In this document: in pieces, positions 23,904 through 35,735 of the stretch
How the letters are laid out: each line of letters starts with the position of its first letter
Position numbering within the stretch: position 1 is the first letter of the stretch
NCBI GenBank assembly: GCA_030390025.1
Contig: CM059431.1
Coordinates: forward strand, 110,548,001 to 110,612,000
Source: Squalus acanthias
Taxonomy: Eukaryota
Reading direction: 5' to 3'
DNA length: 64,000 nucleotides
Notes under the pieces: model-generated
Databases searched by the model: none
What the model saw: only the letters and a program-made list of their open reading frames with translations
Told to the model about the DNA's origin: nothing
Made by a program: the position numbers and the translations under genes

Positions 23904-24857
23904 GTTCCCCAGGGGGTCGGTTCTAGGACCACTGCTTTTCTTGATATATATTAATGACTTAGACTTGGGTATACAGGGCACAATTTCAAAATTTGCAGAT
24001 GACACAAAACTTGGAAGTATAGTGAACAGTGAGGAGGAGAGTGATAGACTTCAAGAGGACATAGACAGGCTGATGGAATGGGCGGACACGTGGCTGATGA
24101 AATTTAACACCGAAAAGTGCAAAGTGATACATTTTGGTAGAAAGAATGAGGAGAGGAAATATAAACTAAAGGGTACAATCCTAAAGGGGGTGCATGAACA
24201 GAGAGACCTAGGGGTATATGTGCACAAATCGTTGAAGGTGGTAGGGCAGGTTGAGAAAGCAGTTAAAAGAAGCACACGGGATTCTGGGCTTCAAAAATAG
24301 AGGTATAGAGTACAAAAGTGTGGAAGTTATGATGAACCTGTATAAAACACTGGTTCGGCCTCAACTGGAATATTGTGTCCAATTCTGGGCACAGCACTTT
24401 AGGAAGGATGTGAAGGCCTTAGAGAGGGTGCAGAAAAGATTTACGAGAATGGGTCCAGGGACGAGGGACTTCAGTTACGTGGATAAACTGGAGAAGCTGG
24501 GGTTGTTCTCCTTCAAGCTGAGAAGATTGAAAGGAGATTTGATAGAGGTGTTCAAAATCATGAGGGGTCTGGACAGAGTAGATAGAGGGAAACTGTTCCC
24601 ATTGGCGGAAGGGTCAAGAACCAGAGGACACAGATTTAAGGCGATTGGTAGAAGCGACATGAGGGAAAACTTTTTTTTACACAGCGAGTGGTTATGATCT
24701 GGAATGCACTGCCTGAAAGGGTGGTGGAGGCAGATTCAATCGTGGCTTTCAAAAGGAGTTGGATAAGCACCTGAAAGAAAAAAATTGCATAGCTACGGGG
24801 GAAAGGGCGGGGGAGTGGGACTAGCTGAAGTGCTCTTGCAGAGAGCCGGCACGGGCT
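23901..24857 (+). mobile_element. CR1 RT fragment
   Basis: GSVLGPLLFLIYINDLD...KFADDTKLG...RPQLEYCVQFW with frameshifts; 3' tail cut at ~24857. Confidence 0.93.
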
Positions 24858-24861
24858 CAAC

Positions 24862-25176
24862 AGCACCTGCCCTTTAATAATCGCCGACCCGGCTGCAAAA
24901 TCGCCACCCTGACCCTGTCGGACATGGCGTCCGGCGGTAGGTCAGGGGGCGCGAGCCAAGTTTGCGGCCAGGGCGGCCATTTTTTTCGGGCAGCCCGTCA
25001 GCACCTGTCCCCTCTGGCCTCCTCCTGCGGGGGTGCTGGCCGCGATCGGGCAGCCCGGCACTCCTTTTGCGCTGCCGGGCTCTTTTGCCGGCACCCCGCT
25101 CCCCGGCGGTCCAGCAGGACCGCGGTGCGCGCTGCGCTAGGCCCCTCCCCTTTAATCAGGGGAGGGAGGCCTGCAG
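24862..25176. mobile_element. Internally inverted fragment of the 21916/43066 MITE family
   Basis: 24862-24972 resembles 22334-22443 (+); 24972-25176 resembles the reverse complement of 22125-22332. Confidence 0.8.
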
Positions 25177-25379
25177 TTCAAATTTCCTGGGCTTGACTCT
25201 GTTGCCCCAGAAGCCAGTGGAGGGGAGATGGGGGAGATTGACGTAGATTTCTTGTGAATTAGCCAAAGAACTACAGGTTAGAAAAGTAGTGCTGCAAAAA
25301 TAGCAGCCGAACGCCTAACATGTTTCGATGACACACCTCTATCTGATAATTTAAACTAAACTGATCAACACCTTCGTTT

Positions 25380-25642
25380 AATAACAACAACAACAACTTG
25401 TATTTATATAGCGCCTTTAACATAGTAAAACGTCCCAAGGCGCTGCACAGGAGTATTATAAAACAAAAAATTTGACACCGATCCACATAAGGGGAAATTA
25501 GGGCAGGTGACCAAAAGAGGAGCGCAGATAGCTCGGGGGGGGGGGGGGGGGGAGGTTGTGGGGCTGAAGGAGATTACAGAGATAGGGAGGGGCGAGAGGC
25601 CATGGAGGGATTTGAAAACAAGAATGAGAATTTTGAAATCGC
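25380..25642 (-). mobile_element. L2 3' fragment with internal deletion
   Basis: (CAA)n CTTGTATTTATATAGCGCCTTT tail; LAPPYLCNLLQ motif. Confidence 0.82.
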
Positions 25643-26139
25643 AGACAGTTTAAATAGCAGACAGAGGAATGCCATGCAAGTGTGTGCCTGCTAATATGAC
25701 CAACAGCAATTACTAGCCTTTCATCCACCTACGCTCAACACCAATGCACTCTTCTGATGCCGACTCATCCATTTTCACAGAGGTGCTGACTGAACCTGGA
25801 GAGACAGATTTGCCCAAAGTCAATCGGGTGGTAGACATCAACTGCTAAGACTTCCCTTCGATCTGTGCAGTGACCTGTGTTTGAGGATGGAGATTAACCA
25901 TTTTTTTGTCACTTTGCCTTTAGTCAGAAGTCACACTAGTGTGATTCTTTGACATTGCACTGTGTGTCTGTAAACAAACTTAAGATTTACCAATTTTTTG
26001 TCAGAAATTCTTCAATATTAGCATTTTTGGAAAGATAATTAATGCATGCTTGAACTCATTGGCTTATCCTAAAATTACTGGGGGTGAAATTTTTTTGCCA
26101 TTATACAATGGACTAACAAACCAGGGGCCAGCTCACAAG

Positions 26140-26212
26140 TTTTTCCAGCTGAGTTTTTCCAGCGTTTTCTGTTGTTATTTCGGATTTCCAGCATCCGCAG
26201 TATTTTGCTATC
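26140..26212 (+). mobile_element. Very short Penelope pLTR 3'-end insertion (family A)
   Basis: Identical to the 3' end of the 3739-4060 copy; 13-bp TSD GCCAGCTCACAAG at 26127-26139 and 26213-26225. Confidence 0.85.
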
Positions 26213-28732
26213 GCCAGCTCACAAGAGTAGTGTTGTGAATGCTCCGGGACATCTACAATGAAAACGTGTATTTTTTTTTTGTTTAATGCATCTATATTGG
26301 TTGGTAGAAATTTCTGAACACAGAAGTGTTGGTTCGTCAGATACACTGCTGTCAGAAATGCTAACAGGAACTTCTGAACTCAAAGGTATCAGTGCCTCAA
26401 AGACACCTTCTGGTCCACAGGTTATTTGATGGGTAGCTCTTCAGCATGTTAAAGTTTGCCCTACTTTTGCACCATCTAAATGCAGAGTTGTGTTACAAGG
26501 AAGGCACTTCTGGAGGTTGTAGAAAATCCAGCATTTCACTTAATTAGGATTTCTTCAGCACAGAGGACTTTGTTTTGGCAGCACATCTCATCATGATGTT
26601 GCAGTTATATTCCAGAAGAGCTTCTGCTTGAAGTGGTTCTGTGATAGTCTTGGCTGCTTAATGCTGTGGCATCCTCCCCATTTACATTATCTGGGAGAAT
26701 CCACACCACTGGCAGCAGTCACAAACAAGGAAGCAGGACTTTCATTTCGGGTTTCTTGGACCGTTCCCAATGTCTGGGGGAGGTGTGCAAAGACCAGAAG
26801 GTGCCACATGCGTTGCTGCACTATATCAGCAGCAGTCAGCTGCCGGCCGGGGAAAATGGTGGTTATTTACAGCGCACTTCAGAAAAGCTCTTCCGGAGGC
26901 AGTGGAGCCCGGACCCACTTATCTCAGTGTTGCTGCCGGTAATGACAGCAGCAACACTGTCGCTAGGTGAATGCATCTTCAATTGTCTGTTTCTAATGTC
27001 TTTCTGGCAGTTAAGGTTCTTTTACTAGTAGAAGTATACTTGCTGTAGGTGTTGTTAGCATGGTCAGAATTGCTTTTGTCTATTCCATTTTGCAATACTG
27101 ATTTCACAGCCCAGTTATGTAATAATTCACGTGGTTTGATGTAGAAGTACTATTCTACAAGGATGGGCCCCCACTGAAAGCGACAGGAGGCCGTATTGAT
27201 GGTGCGTTACCTGTGATGGGCCATAACTGAGATGTCTTAGCAGTGCTGGGATGTTATGGGTCTTTCACACAACACTCTGTGATATCCATTGCACAACTGA
27301 TTTTTGCTTTGAGAGGACAATTTCAATAATTGTTTACGTGAAACATGGGCACTCATTTCTCCCCCCCAAAAGTTGTTCTTTGTGAGGTCGTCAACTGTCT
27401 CACTGTTCGGTTTTCCTTTTAGTTAGCGAGTCTGTGTAGTCCGAGCTACACAATTTCATTCAGACCTGAACAGGTAGCTGACGAGAGTATGACGTGAAGA
27501 TGGCAGTTTTTACAATGAGGTTTATGCACAGTTTGACAAATGCCAGCTTCACACAAACTTTCGCTCAAAGATCAAACTTGCCAAAGTCCTTATTATAACA
27601 AATGATGGTGCTGCGTTCGCTGCCATTCTCATTCTCACTGAAGAGTCTCCGTTGTATATTAGCAATGATGTCTCATATTGGTGTAAAAATGTCTGCCGTT
27701 CATTCAGCAAAAACAGCAAGGTGGCACAATGTCTCTCAGTGGCACGAGAGAAGCACTTAAAAGTAAATAAATCAAGCTCAGTATCCGACATGGAAGATTT
27801 TGAAGAAATATGCTGCCAATTGCAGCAGTTAGTTTCTCTGCTTCTGCAGTGTGTTGCCTGCTGGTGGCGACTCTTCCATTGGTTATTGGACACTGCAACG
27901 TTCTAGTCTACTCAATCTGAGCCTTTATGCTGAAAGCACCATCTGCAAGCTGCTACACAAGGCTTACTTCGCCCCCCCTCCCCCCCGTCACTATGTAACT
28001 CTGGATCATGCACATTGAACCGCGCATAGAATGCGATGTACGACTGCGCTGTAACAAAACAGTTGCAAATAACATGAAAAGTCCGACTAATGACCGAGCA
28101 GCATGAACAAGCTGCGTCTGTAAGAGGGAAGGTCGAGCAGAAAGTTCACAGCTGATGGACTTCAAAATACTGTCATTTTCCATGGGTTTTGAATTGCCCT
28201 GTCTCTTAGTATATCTGGAAGACTTCTTTCTTTAAACAAAATAACACTGGTTACAGTATTTTAAGTGTTATTTTTTCTGCCTCATTGTGTTCTCCCCATG
28301 TGTCCCTCTTTGGCTCGTGCTGTAAACAGGATCGTTACAGCATCGTAAAACATTATTGCCACTAAAAAGAAAATGTGCAAGTCAAATTTTCATTTGTAGT
28401 CTGGTTGTTGTTGTCTGAATTTTAAAAAAAATCCCCTTTTTAAGTTATGCGATTCCACGTGCCAATGTAATGGGTAAGAGGGGAGCTACTTGCAGACATC
28501 TGCCAATATTATTGTGTAACCAGATGCCAGGAGATGTGCAAGAGCAGTCGGGGGTGACTTGTTTTCTTGGTTATTTTTCTTCCCCATTGCCTGTGGGGAA
28601 AGTGTTTCTACTTCAACACAGAGTCACTTCTTTAGGGCATGACCAAAAGCTCAATCTTTGTGAGGAATTCAGGGTGGGAATCCCTGTACTTAGACAGGGT
28701 GCCGTGCACTGTTCCATCATTGTGCCATGCTA

Positions 28733-29825
28733 CCAACAACAACAACTTTTATTTATATAGCACCCTTAACGTAGCAAAACGTCCCAAGGTGCTTCACAGG
28801 AGTGTTATAAGACAAAAAATTTGACACGAGCCACATAAGGAGAAATTAGGGCAGGTGACTTGGTCAAAGAGGTGGGTTTTAAGGAGCGTCTTAAAGGAGG
28901 AAAGAGAGGTAGCGAGGCGGAGAGGCTTAGGCAGGGAATTCCAGAGCTTAGGGCCTAGGCAACAGAAGGCACGGCCACCAATGGTGGAGCGATTATAATC
29001 AGGGATGCTCAAGAGGCCAGAATTGGAGGAGCGCAGAGAGATGACGGTGGGAGAAAAGCAGAGAGGTATATACAGGGAGAAAGACAATTTAAAAAAAAAT
29101 GTCTGAACATCACCAAAGGAGATCAGCTGATAATAACTGATAAGCCATTAACAGTAGAATCGCAATATTAATGATTCCACCACCTAGAATGCCAATTTAA
29201 GTATATTAAAAAAAAACCTAACATGCTAAAATTTCTTCAAGCCAACAATGTATAATATACTCTTCAGATTTTAAGGAGCGTCTTAAAGGAGGAAAGACAG
29301 GTAGAGAGGCGGAAAGGTTTAGGCAGGGAATTCCAGAGCTTAGGGCCGAGGCAACAGAAGGCACGGCCACCAATGGTTGAGCGATTATAATCAGGGATGC
29401 TCAAGAGGGCAGAATTAGAGGAGCGCAGATATCTCGGGGGGAGTTGTGGGGCTAAAGGAGATTACAGAGATAGGGAGGGGCGAGGCCATGGAGGGATTTG
29501 AAATCGAAGCATTGCTTAACTGGGAGCCAATGTAGGTCTGCGAGCATGGGGGTGATGGGCGAACGGGACTTGGTGCGAGTTAGGACACGGGCAGCCGAGT
29601 TTTGGATGACCTCAAGTTTATGTAGGGTAGAATGCGGGAGGCCAGCCAGGAGTGCGTTGGAATAGTCAAGCCTAGAGGTAACAAAGACATGGATGAGGGT
29701 TTCAGCAGCAAATGAGCTGAGGCAAGGGCGGAGACGGGCGATGTTACGGAGGTGCAAATAGGCAGTCTTAGTTATGCTGCGGATATGTGGTCGGAAGCTC
29801 GTTTCAGGGTCAAATATGACACCTT
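28733..29825 (-). mobile_element. L2 LINE fragments (28733-29038 and 29268-29825) with a ~160-bp segment present twice
   Basis: HLRNIARLRPCLSSFAAETLIHVFVTSRLDYSNALLAGLP...IQNSAARVLT...LHWLPV; GRAFCCLGPKLWNSLP occurs twice; (TTG)n tail. Confidence 0.92.
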
Positions 29826-30054
29826 AAAATTACATTTTAAAATGGACTGTGTAGTATAACGTTTAATCTGAATTGCAACGTAGAATGCAAGGTAGCCCCC
29901 CTATTCATCACAGCAGAGTTTCCTTCTACACTATCTGGGGGGAGGTAGCAACCTTGGGGTGTGGCACTGCCCAGGCTGGTGAGATGCAACTCCGAGGGCA
30001 GGTCCGACCATTATGGTTTTGTGTACCTTCCAGTGGCTGGCTTATAAGGAGCTT

Positions 30055-30640
30055 TCATAGAATCATACAGCATAGAAGGGGGCCATTCAGCCCATTGTGC
30101 CTGTGCCGGCTCTTTGAAAGAGCTCTCCAATTTAGTCCCACACCCTAGTTTTCTCTCCACAATGCTGCAAATTAGTTCTCTTCAAATACCAATTGCCTTT
30201 TGAAAGTTCCTATGGTATCTGATTCTACCACCCTTTCAGGTAGTGCGTTCCAGATCATAACAACCCTCTGTGTGAAATAATTTATCCTCATTTTCCTCTA
30301 ATTCTTTTGCCAATTATTTTAAATCTATGACCTCTGGTTATTGACCCACTTGCAGTGGAAACAGATTCCCCCTACTTGCTCTATCAAAAGCCCTCATAAT
30401 TTTGAACACCTCTATTAGGTCTCCCCTTAACCTTCTCTGCTCTAAGGAGAACAATCCCAGCTTCTCCAATCTCTCCACATAACTGAAGTCCCTCATCCCT
30501 GGTATTATCCTGTTAAACCTCCTCTGTACCCTTTCCAAGGCCTGGACATCCTTCCTAAAATGTGGTGCCCAGAATGGTACACAATACTCCAGCTGAGTTT
30601 AGCATAACTACTTGTTTTTTGTATTCAATACACCTATTTA
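30055..30640 (-). mobile_element. CR1 3' fragment
   Basis: ERVQRRFNRIIPG...EQRRLRGDLIEVFK; CR1 tail. Confidence 0.88.
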
Positions 30641-31039
30641 CAAAGCAACGCCCCTATTTGCAAACCTTTGTCCTGGAAACAGCCTACTTGCCTACCCTTT
30701 TGGCTGAGGAATGGTGTATGGCATGGAGGTTGCCTTAGGAGAAGAAGGAGAAAGTAATACAAAAATGGGGATTAGGAGAAAAAGATTGCAGTAATTAATT
30801 TATCCACAAGTAAAATGGATTATGGTTTTTGCGTTATGCCACCCTTCAGCAGAAATAGCTGCTGGGTTAGCAGCCTCTGTAATGAGTAGGCAAAGATCAA
30901 CATCTCTACCTTGGATTAGAAAAACTCTGTGGCTCTCCGAAGTAGCAATCTAATTAGAAGGATCTTGCATAATAATTTACAGCTACAAAGCCAGTGTTAC
31001 TTGCAATAATTTTCCGAGAGTTTCTTGTTAAAACCTTCA

Positions 31040-31200
31040 CCTTAAAACCTACCTATTTGACCAAGCTTTTGGTCACCTGCCCTAATTTATCCTTATGTGG
31101 ATCGGTGTCAAATATTTTGTCTTAAAATACTCCTGTGCAGCGCCTTGGGACGTTTTACTATGTTAAAGGCGCTATATAAATACAAGTTGTTGTTGTTGTT
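31040..31200 (+). mobile_element. L2 3' end
   Basis: AAAGGCGCTATATAAATACAAG(TTG)n tail. Confidence 0.85.
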
Positions 31201-31824
31201 AAGAGTTTAATGTGAAGAAGGACATTTGAATAAACACGGTAATGCGTTGCTGTGCAAGAGAGAATGCTTCAGGTTACAGGGGAAAGCATTTAAACATCGA
31301 GTGATACGTATCCCTTACAAGGAATTGGTTACATCCGAATAATAGTAAAAAAGGGTAGAATTTTTTTAATCCCTCATTCTTTTGAAAAATTATAAATTCT
31401 GTCTGGTTAGAATACTAATTGGGATTTTCCTCAAGGTAGACTAGAAATCATCGGAAATCTCCCAATCTTTCAGTGTTCCATTTTGTTGCGGCTTAAAAGA
31501 AAAATAAGGATAAATTAGGGCAGGTGTCCAAAAGGTTGGTCAAAGAGGTGGTTTTAAGGAGAAGGTTTGAACAAGAAACTCTTGGAAAATTATGACTCTA
31601 TGACTTCATGCAACTGTATGGTGAGGACAAAATGCCACGGTTGATGAGCAGTTGCAATGTTTGTATGGGGTGTATTCCCTATGATGTGGAAATGAAACAG
31701 CGTAGGATTGTATCTCTACCAACATTACAAGGGAAATGCTGCAGGTAGGTGGATTTTACAGTCAGGCTGCCCTGTTTGAAGATTGCCCCGACCCTTTCCC
31801 CTAGCCCTGGCCTGATACTTATCG

Positions 31825-32182
31825 TTAACACTTTCACGACCTCAGGATGTTCCACACCCAACGAAGTACAGTTTTTTTGACGTGTTGTCACAGTACCAAT
31901 AATGGGAATCCTGGCAGTCAATGTACAAATAGCAAGGTCCCACAAACAGCAGTGAGATAAATGACCAATTAAACTGTTTCTTAGTGATGTTTGAATCATG
32001 CCATGGTATCTTTTACATCCACCCGAGAGAGTTGACAGGGTCTTGGTTTAATATCTCAGCCAAAAGATGGCACCTCTAACTGTGCAGCACTCCCTTAGTA
32101 CGACACTTAAGTGTCAGCCTAGATATCTGCTCCAGTCTCTGGAGTGGGGCTTGAACCCTTGACCCACTGAGCCAAATCTGAC
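31825..32182 (-). mobile_element. Deu-domain SINE, diverged
   Basis: Similar to 17616-18070 with deletions. Confidence 0.7.
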
Positions 32183-33149
32183 ATCTAGAGGAAATCTGAA
32201 CACCTGCCACAAAATACACTGAGCTAAAGACCATTATTAACTCTCACAGCTGAGAAATTCTAGCCTCAAGTTACTGAAACAATTTAATGGTAAATCTAGG
32301 GCCAATGGAGGTTTAAATGTTTAATTGTTGTGTTTCAGAGCTAACAAAAGTTTTGGTATTGAAAGGTGGTTTTACAACTAACAAAGAGCAGACAACATAA
32401 ACCCAGACCCAAAATCAGAGTCCATCTGAGCTGAAATGGTTTGGCAGAATAGAACCAAACAAACCTTGATGGACTGGCGCTCAGGATAAAGTTTAACTGG
32501 ATGTATAACAACAGTTTACTGGAGTTCAACAGTGTGATTAAATATAACTTCACTTTAACATGTTCACGGCACTATAATGAATTAAATATAGGCAGGAAAG
32601 ATTTATTTTCACATGGGTTGAGGTATTGGGTCCTCATTCACCACAAGTCACACTGTTTCTCATTAAGTTCATTTTTCACTTTTAACATTCATTTTATTTT
32701 ATTGATTGCTTTACTTTAAAGTATGACAGTTGTGGCTTAAAAGTCATTTAATGGCATCTACAATACAGATGAATAATTCAAATTTGCCTTTACATGTTGT
32801 TCAGTGTCTTACAGTTTACAAGCATCTCCACATGAGAAAGGGCAAACAGCAGGTCAGTGACAAACAGCACTTGCTCCATAGATTGTCGTCCGTTCCCCAG
32901 ACTTTAATCTTGCCACAATTTTAGTCGCGTGTAAAACTGGGCATCTAGTTGCACTGGCTCCCTTACTCATAAAAAAAATTGGGATGGCTGACTCTGTATA
33001 GCTTTGACACGCCAAAGTAAAGTTACATTTAACCACGCTAGTGTAAATTCACCTGAGCCCCAGCAAACTGTTGTCCATGTTTAGTAAAAGAATAGGATTT
33101 AAAGAAGTACAGTTTCTCTGATAATTAACATTAAAGGAAAAATGAAATG

Positions 33150-33710
33150 ACTACCATTCATAGAGCACCCTTCACATCCTTGGAATGGCTGAAAGCACTT
33201 CACAGCCAGTTTACTTTTGAATTGTAGTCACTGTTGTGAGGACAAACGTGACAGTCAACTTGCTCACAACAAGGTGCTGCCAGAAGCAAATGAATCAATG
33301 ACTAAATCGTCTGTCTTTGATAAAAAAAATACTGCGGATGTTGGAAATCTGAAATAAAAACAGGAAATGCTGGAAACACTCAGCAGGTCAGGCAACATCT
33401 GTGGAGAGAGAGAGAAACAGAGTTAACGTTTCAGGTCGATGGCCTTTCGTCAGAACTGGAACTGAAAGGTCATCGCCCTGAAACGTTAACTCTGTTTCTC
33501 TCTCTCTCCACAGATGTTGCCTGACCTGCTGAGTGTTTTCCAGGATTTCCTGTTTTTATTTCAGTCTGTCCTTGAACCTGGCGTTGGTCGAGGTTGGAAT
33601 GTTGGCCAGGACATCAGAATTCCCTATTCTTTAAATATAGTGACATGGGGATTTTTTACATTCACCTGAACAGGCGGACATGGTCTCGGTTTAACGCTTC
33701 ATCTGAAAGG
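33150..33710 (-). mobile_element. Diverged Deu-domain SINE interrupted by a Penelope foldback
   Basis: SINE tail 33150-33320 resumes at 33576 (GTTGGCCAGGACA...CTCGGTTTAACG). Confidence 0.65.
33321..33563. mobile_element. Foldback Penelope pLTR insertion, family A
   Basis: TSD GTCTGTC(T/C)TTGA at 33309-33320 and 33564-33575. Minus-strand hammerhead motif 33421-33457 (CTGACGA..GAAA-CG-TT); the plus arm starts within the core. Confidence 0.85.
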
Positions 33711-35735
33711 AGGATGTGACATGCTCAATTTTTCCCTTATCTTCATGACCGAAAATATCTTGGCGTTCCATACACCTTTTGTGATCAAGGGGATAGAGGG
33801 GAGGATGATTGACCTCTGCCAGTGCAGTTCTTCGTGCAGCCTCTAGGAGCTGTGAGATAATAATCCCTATCCTTCGTGAGAAAGTACCTGGCTTCATTTA
33901 GCATCTCTTCATAGCAGTGCGGCTACTCTTGGGAAGCCAGTGGCATGGTGGGGGGTGGGGGGTGGGGGAAGGAGGTAATCAAACCGGTGTCCTTCCACCT
34001 AGGGTTGACACCTGGCTGTTCTTCTACCTGCCCAGCCAGGTTTTTGGAACAATTGATTGCCATTTGGTAGTTTTTTTAAAAATCAGCAATACGGTGGCCA
34101 CGTGCATGTTGAAAGCTCGGGTTTCCAACTCTGGCTGGAGATATTCCTGAAGGTGTTATCTCATGACCTCCTGCCACTGACCCAACACTCCTGCCATTGG
34201 TTACCCGACACGTCCATCCTCGCTACGCACGCCAATTGTAAAGTGAGCAGACTCTTCATTACCCGATTGGATGATACTTGACCGTTAGTCACAGAGCCAT
34301 TTTTCCCGATATAACAAATAAACAAAAGGGTGAAAAGAAATTTTTTTTTTTAAATGCACTATTTTTTTTATTGCCCCTATGATTTTTCTCCTGGGTGTTG
34401 CTCACAGCAGTCTCCTGGAGACTCCAGGGCAAGCCTGGAGGGTTGGCAACCCTATTGAGAGCCTTAGCACAACAAATGAAAGTCGACACCGTACTGCTGG
34501 TTAAAAATGTCAGCTGACAACGGCTGGCTCTTTCAAAGCTGACCATTTCAAAAACTGCCAGGTGGCAAGTCTGCCTCTGTTCTCTGCTGCGCTGTGTCAC
34601 TTAGTAAAGCAGGGTGCATTTTGCCATAATAGTAATGTAGGTAAATGGTTTGAAAGCTACCTTGTTATTGGATCCAAGTCACAAAGCAATTGAGTATGAA
34701 TGAACTGTACTTTAAGTAGGTTTATTTATAAAAGGTGGAGAAAAGCCAGCCAGACCTAATTGTGAACTGTCTCATAAACACATCCAGCCCACTTCCTGCT
34801 GTTTTGCAGTTTGGAAGATCACCTGTTGCTTTTGGCTTACTGCCAGGCTGGGACTTAACAGAAATTATAGAATCAGTTAGAAATTGGATGGATCTGTTCT
34901 TGCAAGTACCAAAAATGATGGTCAATATGAAAGCAGACTGGTGCACCAAAACTGGCTGACCGAAAGCAGTAACTTTGTAGCGAGCGATAGGATTCCTTTC
35001 CAATCTACTCAATTGCCAACCGTGCAATTAACAGCTGAAGGCCTTTTAAAAACAAAACAGAACAAAGATTCACACAAATAGTGTCAGCATCATTTATCTG
35101 TGTTCCTTTAAATATAAAGGAAATAGTGCTGATGTGTGAAATGTTAGTTTTCCTTTTTAAAGGAAATGTGTATGTTATAGATTATCAATAGACTGGTGAT
35201 CTACTCTTGGGCACATGCTTGGTGCTTTGATTGGGTTTACTTTTGACATTCATGGTAATCTTGACACTATCTCCGCAGTCTTGCTCAGCTCATAGCTGCA
35301 GTTATCAATAATATTAAGGAAAAACTGCAATGAGGCGAATAAAGTATGATAAAGATACTTTAGAATAATTTGCCCCACACATCCATCTTGGTTGGGAATA
35401 GTTACTCCATTATAGGTTAAGGATTTTTGTTCTTTCTCTGAATTTGTAACTGAAATGTCACGTTTACTACAGTCGCAGATATATGCATATGTTACTGGGT
35501 TTCTAACACTTGACCTGTCTGCAGTAAAGGCCTATGTAAACACTGAGTGAGATTTTATGATCTATGATATATGATTGGGGGAATGCAATAAATGATGGCG
35601 AGCATGCCAAGAACACTTTTACTTTTAAAGCAGCATGTGCTTGTTATTACAAAATCTGAACCAGCTTCAAGGTTTCTGTCTCTGTGCTCCAGAGATTAGG
35701 AATCAGTGATCAGGAATTTTCACATTTTAGGCTTT

